DNA of 64,000 nucleotides from NCBI GenBank assembly GCA_965153285.1, contig OZ229121.1. One strand, 5' to 3'. The position numbers were made by a program, and so were the translations under genes. Shown one piece after another: positions 52,701-58,700 of this stretch. This DNA comes from Podarcis tiliguerta (taxonomy: Eukaryota). The first letter of the stretch is position 1. Each line of letters starts with the position of its first letter. A model generated the notes under the pieces. That model made no database searches. It was not told where the DNA came from and worked only from the letters and a program-made list of their open reading frames with translations.

Positions 52701-55700
52701 AGACACATATTTGGGTCTGTTTTATCTGTACGCTATAATAAAATTCAAAATACAAAGCAGAGCAATCAGTTGAATGAATTATTTATTACAGCCACCAACC
52801 AGTGAAATTAGATACACAGACCAGTGAAATTAGAAGACAACAGTGGAGGGTCAAAGAAACATAGAGATGCCTCCAAGCAAAGGCAGGAAATGAATTGAAG
52901 CCTCTCAACGCTGGACACCTAGCTACTTCTTCTGAAATTTGGCATTTCCTAAGGAGCAACCAAATCCCACATGATAACTTTTCTCACTCATGAGAGGAAG
53001 CAGAAAGAATAAACCAACCACTCTGCACAAAGTAAAATCTGAGATAATCTGCTGGTTGGAATTTGCTAAACCAAATGCCTGCCTCAGATTGGGAATCAGA
53101 GTTCTGCATTTGTATACCTTAGCAGCATATGTAAAAAACAAACAAACTATAGCATTGCTTTTTAAGGTGGAATCTGTTTAAACCGGATACAAATGTTAAA
53201 TCAAAAACCACAAAATTAAAATAAGACGACACCCAAAACCTGCTTTACATGCTACATCATGAGCACCATAATAATGTATGCAACAGTCTACTGCTGCCAA
53301 ACTAAAACCAACCACTAATACAAAAAATACTGCCTCATATTTAAAACTTCAAAAAGATTTTTCTTCCGCTTCACCACTTTACCTAAGTTTTGATTTTTAA
53401 CGTTCTGAAGATCTAGTTGGTTTTTCTTAAGTTCATTCAGTTCTTGTGCATGATGGGACTGGAGCTCTTCTTTAAGAGCAGAAAGCGCATTCTCCTTTTC
53501 ATTTTCCATGCATTCGCGCACTTGGTCCACGTGAGCCGAGTAAACCAAAGACAGGCAAATGCGCTGGGCTTCCATCTGCAGTTTTAGATCGCTCTAAGTA
53601 GAGATGGGCATCGTATGAGGGTATCAATAAACTTTTTTCTAAGCAATGGCTTTAAACGTAGCATCAAAACCTCGGCAAATCAGCATTTGAGGTTATTTTA
53701 CAAGACTTCAATCGATAATGAAAAATAAAAAAAAAAACCTGAATACCAAAGTTCTCACTAAACATTGCTACATCTCTCCCGCTCCCAGCCCCACTTCTCT
53801 GCCCATTGTTCACTATGTACCATACTAAGAAACCATGTTTCCTTTGCAAAAATTCAAATCACACTTATCCCCAAGGCTGTAACGTTTGCCAGAAAATGCT
53901 GACTCTTTACTAGTCCTTCTAGTGACTGGATTGATTTAGAGGGAACGTTCTCAATTTCAAAGCACAGCCACTCTTTTTAATGAGTTCAGTAGGACTTTTT
54001 TATGGGTAAATATTACACGGAGACGTATTAGCTGCTGAGACACAAGCATAGCGGAAATGTTAATTGTGTGGGTTACCATAAATACCTGTTCAGATTTCAG
54101 CATATCCAACTGCTCCTGAAGCTCGCTTTCACTTTGCAAATGGTTCAAACATGAAGAGCCTCCTGCTAGCCCATCGTTCATTTGGTGAAAGTTATCCAAC
54201 AGTGATTCTGGCTCTGATATTGAAAGTTCAATTGTCTCTTCCACTGGAACATGATGGACCACACTCTGGTTTGCTATCAGTTTCTCCTCTCTTATAGCTT
54301 TGTCATAGTCTTTGTATGAATCAGGAACAAAGCCTGTGTGTTCACAAACTCTGGGGTGGTCTGTCTGTAGCCCCCCATTGGGGTATTTTGTCTCATGTTC
54401 ACATGAGTTCATATTCTCTTCCAGTCTGTGGCTAACTAGCACTTCTAGTTCTTTACATTTCACTGACATGTGCTCTTTATCTTGTTTTAGAGATCTAACT
54501 TCTTCATTTAATTGGCATATCTGACTACTCTTTAATTTCAATTGTTCAGAAAGATCAGAAAGTCTCAGTGAAAGTTCTAGCTTCTCACGCTGAGTGACCT
54601 CAAGCTTTTCCATAAGCTCTGTTGTGTCTTTTTCAACCACCTCCTCAACATCAAATGTTTCTGATCTTAGGATCTTCTCTCTCTTACCACAAACAATCGT
54701 ACTTTGACTTTTCAGTACAACTGATGTATCTCCTTGTAAATGTTGGATCTCTTCTGTCAAAGCCCAGAGCTTGGCTTCATATTCCGCTTCTCGCTTGTCC
54801 TTGCTCTCTTCTAAATCCAATTTTACCTTTAGTAGAGAAGCATGGGTTTTTTGGAGTTCCTGGTAATTGTGCTCAGCAAATGAAAAGGAATTCTGTAGCC
54901 TCTCAATCTCTTCTTTAAGTTCGATATCTTGTTTTACAAGTTTCTCGTTTTCTGCTATCAGATTGTCTATTCTGTTTTGCAAATCAAATTCTTCTGACTC
55001 GGAACTAATGCCATCAGTGAAGCTTTCTTCTGTATTCTTTATAGCATACTTCTTTAGCTTCTCTTTCAGAGCATTGCTTTTGTCTTCAAGAAAATTGTTT
55101 TGTGCTTCAAGTAAGGTACATTTTTCTTGAAGACTATCTTCTCGTTCTTTCATTTGCTTTTCTAATAATTCTGTTTTCAGCTGTAACACCTGAACTTCCT
55201 GCTCAAGCATACCCTTTTCTTTTTCTCCTAGTTTAAGCACTTCTATCTCTTTCTGGAGGTGCTGGATCTGAAGCATCATTTCTTCAGATTTAGAATTTAC
55301 AATAGACTCCTGCAAATCTTTTAGCCTTGCTATTTCTAACGTGAGCTCATTCTGCTTTGCTATTAAGTTTTCATTTTCAAATTGCATAGCTTCCATCTTT
55401 TTGCTCATTTCATTTTGTAAGTCATCCAACTGCTGTTTAGATTGCATAATCATATTATCTTTAAGATTTTCAGTGTTTATTCTGTGCTCTTGCTGCAGAT
55501 CATCTCTAAGTTTTGATAGCTCTTCTTCATGGCTGAACAAAAGATGAGTCCTCAGTCTCTCTAGTTCAGCTTCTTGAGATTCAGCCATCCTGCCCAAAAC
55601 TGCATCCTTTTCTCTTTCTAGCATTTCAAGTTTTATTTTGTAATTTGTAACTTCTGCCTCATGTTTCTCTTCTAATTCTTCCCTGATCTCAGATGCAGCA

Positions 55701-58700
55701 GCAAGTTGTGCTTTTAGTTCTGCGGTAGTGCTTTGTAACTGGTCTAATTCATGTAACTTTGATTCTCTCTCATTTATGGTCTGCTTGGCTCTCTGAATTT
55801 GCTCTCTTGCAAAGTCCAGCTCTTGACAAAGATCTTCAACTTTATTTTGCAGAGCAGACTTTTCTGAGGATAATATTTCAAGCTGCTGTGATAAATCTTG
55901 CCTCACCTTTTCTTTCTGGTAAGTAGCTTCCTGAAGCATGAGATTCAACTCGTTAATTGCAATATTCATTAAATGCATCTGGTCTTCATTAGTATTACCA
56001 GAGTGTAAACTCAACGTTCTCTCCATATCTGCTTTTTGTTGGGCAAGAAGCTTTTCAATCTCCATTGTATGTTCTCTAACCAACTCTTGCTTCATTTGCA
56101 CAATCTGCTGCCCATGAACTTCCTCCAATTCTGCTCTGAGGTCTGCAAGTCTCCTTTGTGCTTCAAGTTCCATTCTTTCTACAATATCATTGTCATGCTG
56201 GCTATCTTTGTGATATCGCTTTTGTAGCTCTTCTACAGTTCCCATTAATTGCTTTATTTCATCAGAACATTGCCTTTCCTTTTGTTTAGAGCTGCTTAAT
56301 TCTACTCTCACATTCTGTATCTCTTGATTCTTTTGCAAGATCTCTTCTTTTACTTCTTCAAGTGATTTCTCAGCAGCTGACAGTTTTTTCTGAAGAATAA
56401 ATATATTTTCTTCTTCTTCTAAAATTTTTGCCTCCAATTCTTCAATAGCTGTTTCCTTTTCCCGTAGTTTCCTCTTGGTAAAATCTTCCTCTGTTTTGCA
56501 TTTTTCCTGTAATAGAAATAAGTTGCTTTGATTTCTTGAATTACCATATTTGACTTACTGCTTTATAAAAACAAAACAAAACAAAACAAAACAAAACGAT
56601 TTCAAGTGGTATGGCCCATTTTCTGCATGTTCTGAGGACAGCATATAGAGTGATTTCCAAAGCATATACACACTATTTTAAATAGATGCCTACTGTATGT
56701 ACAATGTGCTTCTTTTTACTTTACGTTATCAAATTTAACTTAAAGCCATTAACTGTTCATGTGCCTGTCCCATTGTGTGTGTGTGTGTGTGTGGTGGGGA
56801 GATAATCTAATATTTACTTCAGGAAGAGGGAAGTGAGAGAAATGAGCAGAATCCTTTCCCTGCATCATCTCCCAACTTGTTTTGATATCTCACTCTGGGT
56901 CACTTTTGTGAGGAAAATGACCAATAAATATTAAGAATAAGCATACTGGAAATGACCCAGGTTAGGAATCTTATGGTGAACAGACTGGGAGCGGGAGCAG
57001 AATGAGGAGGAGGAAAAATAGCAGTAGTGATAGTATCAGAGGTGAGAAAGTAAGGTGGAGGAAGGTTCAGCTACCCACACAACCATTTAAATGTAAACAT
57101 TAGACTCCCTTTGGTCCCCACCATCCTTTTTTATATGTAATCTGGAGCGACACTAGCATGACTATACCCATCACATTTATCTTATAAGATACCCCCCCAC
57201 AAGCAACATGTATTAATATAGTACAAAAAGACACAAAAACATGAAAATCTAGTTCAACACTGGCTTTGATTGTTGTTAATTGTTCAAATTTTGCATAAGA
57301 ACTGATAAATTCTTGACCGTTTATATAGCATCAATGTATCTTCCATATATGATATTCTAAGAGGTCCAAATTCATTTCAGTTTTTTTGAGGCTGCACATA
57401 TTTAATTTGTTTATTTAGTTGTCAACATATTTATATACCACAGCACCATAGAAATATATCACAGCGGTTTAGAACAATATTTTCAGTAATTCTAAAAGGA
57501 AGCACTTTTTTATAACACTCACACAAATACGCAGTGTGTTCCCGTGTTTGCATGCTGTAACAATTAGATAATCCTATACACTTGAGGCAAAGAGATTATA
57601 TCTCTTTTCAGCCATCACCAAATGCCTCTAAAAAACAAAAGGTTAATGAGAAATATACCGTTTCGAAGGCAGTGACTTTCTGTTGCAGAAGGGAAACTTG
57701 CAGTTCAAAGTCTTCATTTTTCACTTGATAATTCTTCAATAGCTGCTCCTGTTCTTCTAGCTGTTGCTGATATGCAAGGATCTGCTGTTTTGCTTGCAGT
57801 AAGTCAGCAGCTGTGCTGCTATGACTAGTGTTCCTTAAAGCTTCACTTGCCTGCAACTTATACACAGAATTACTTATTAAAGATCAACTGCTTGAATAAC
57901 AATTATCAAATTATATGGTGGTTGGAGCCAATTAGCATTCTTCATATATTTTCCATTAAAGCAGCACACGCGTTGTATTCTAGAGAATTAATGTTTGTAC
58001 TCTCTGAAAGCCTGGAGTACAATATAGGCCCGCTCAGCCTTTCTGCCACTGTATTTTTGTGGGTCATTTTTGTGAAGCAAACTGTCTTGCATGCAATGAG
58101 ACAAAATTGTTTGTCCCAAGAAAGGTTGCATTATGTCAGATATACATTCTCTTTCCGTAGTGCCCAAATTACAAGGAACAAAAAGTATAAGCCAAGCTGT
58201 AGCAGTTAACCTGTAGTGTGAGGAGGCAAGCCAATTTATTGGCCACACCTTCAGAACCTCATAAATAAGCCCACAAAATTTATTAGCTTTAACAGAATTG
58301 CAAACAGTTTGCACTGAAGTAAGTCCCACTTTATTCACTGGGACTAATCCCTGCACAGTGTGGGGGGTGGGCAGGGGGAGACATCAATATATCATAATGA
58401 TCCTTCAAAAGACTTCCCAATGGAAGAGGAGACAGGCTGCCGTGTATGTATTTTGGCACTGCCTTCAAGGCTAATAAATTTTGTTACCAATAACTTACAT
58501 GTTGAAACTGAATTTGCAGTTTTTGACTCTGCTCAGTCAATTCCAAAAATTCCCTCATTGTTTCATCCTTTTCTTTCCTTGCTTGTTGCAGATTAGCAGT
58601 GAGCTGTGTGATAATGTCATCTCTTTTTTTGATAGCAGCCTCAAATTCTTGTAACTAAAGGAGGTGAAATTGTAATATTAACATGGTTCGTATCAGCAGC

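Noticed and set aside
54312-56227. Plus-strand ORFs overlapping AKAP9 exons (also at 6454, 7054, 7092, 10492, 15294)
   Set aside because: Antisense shadows of Glu/Lys/Gln-rich coding sequence.
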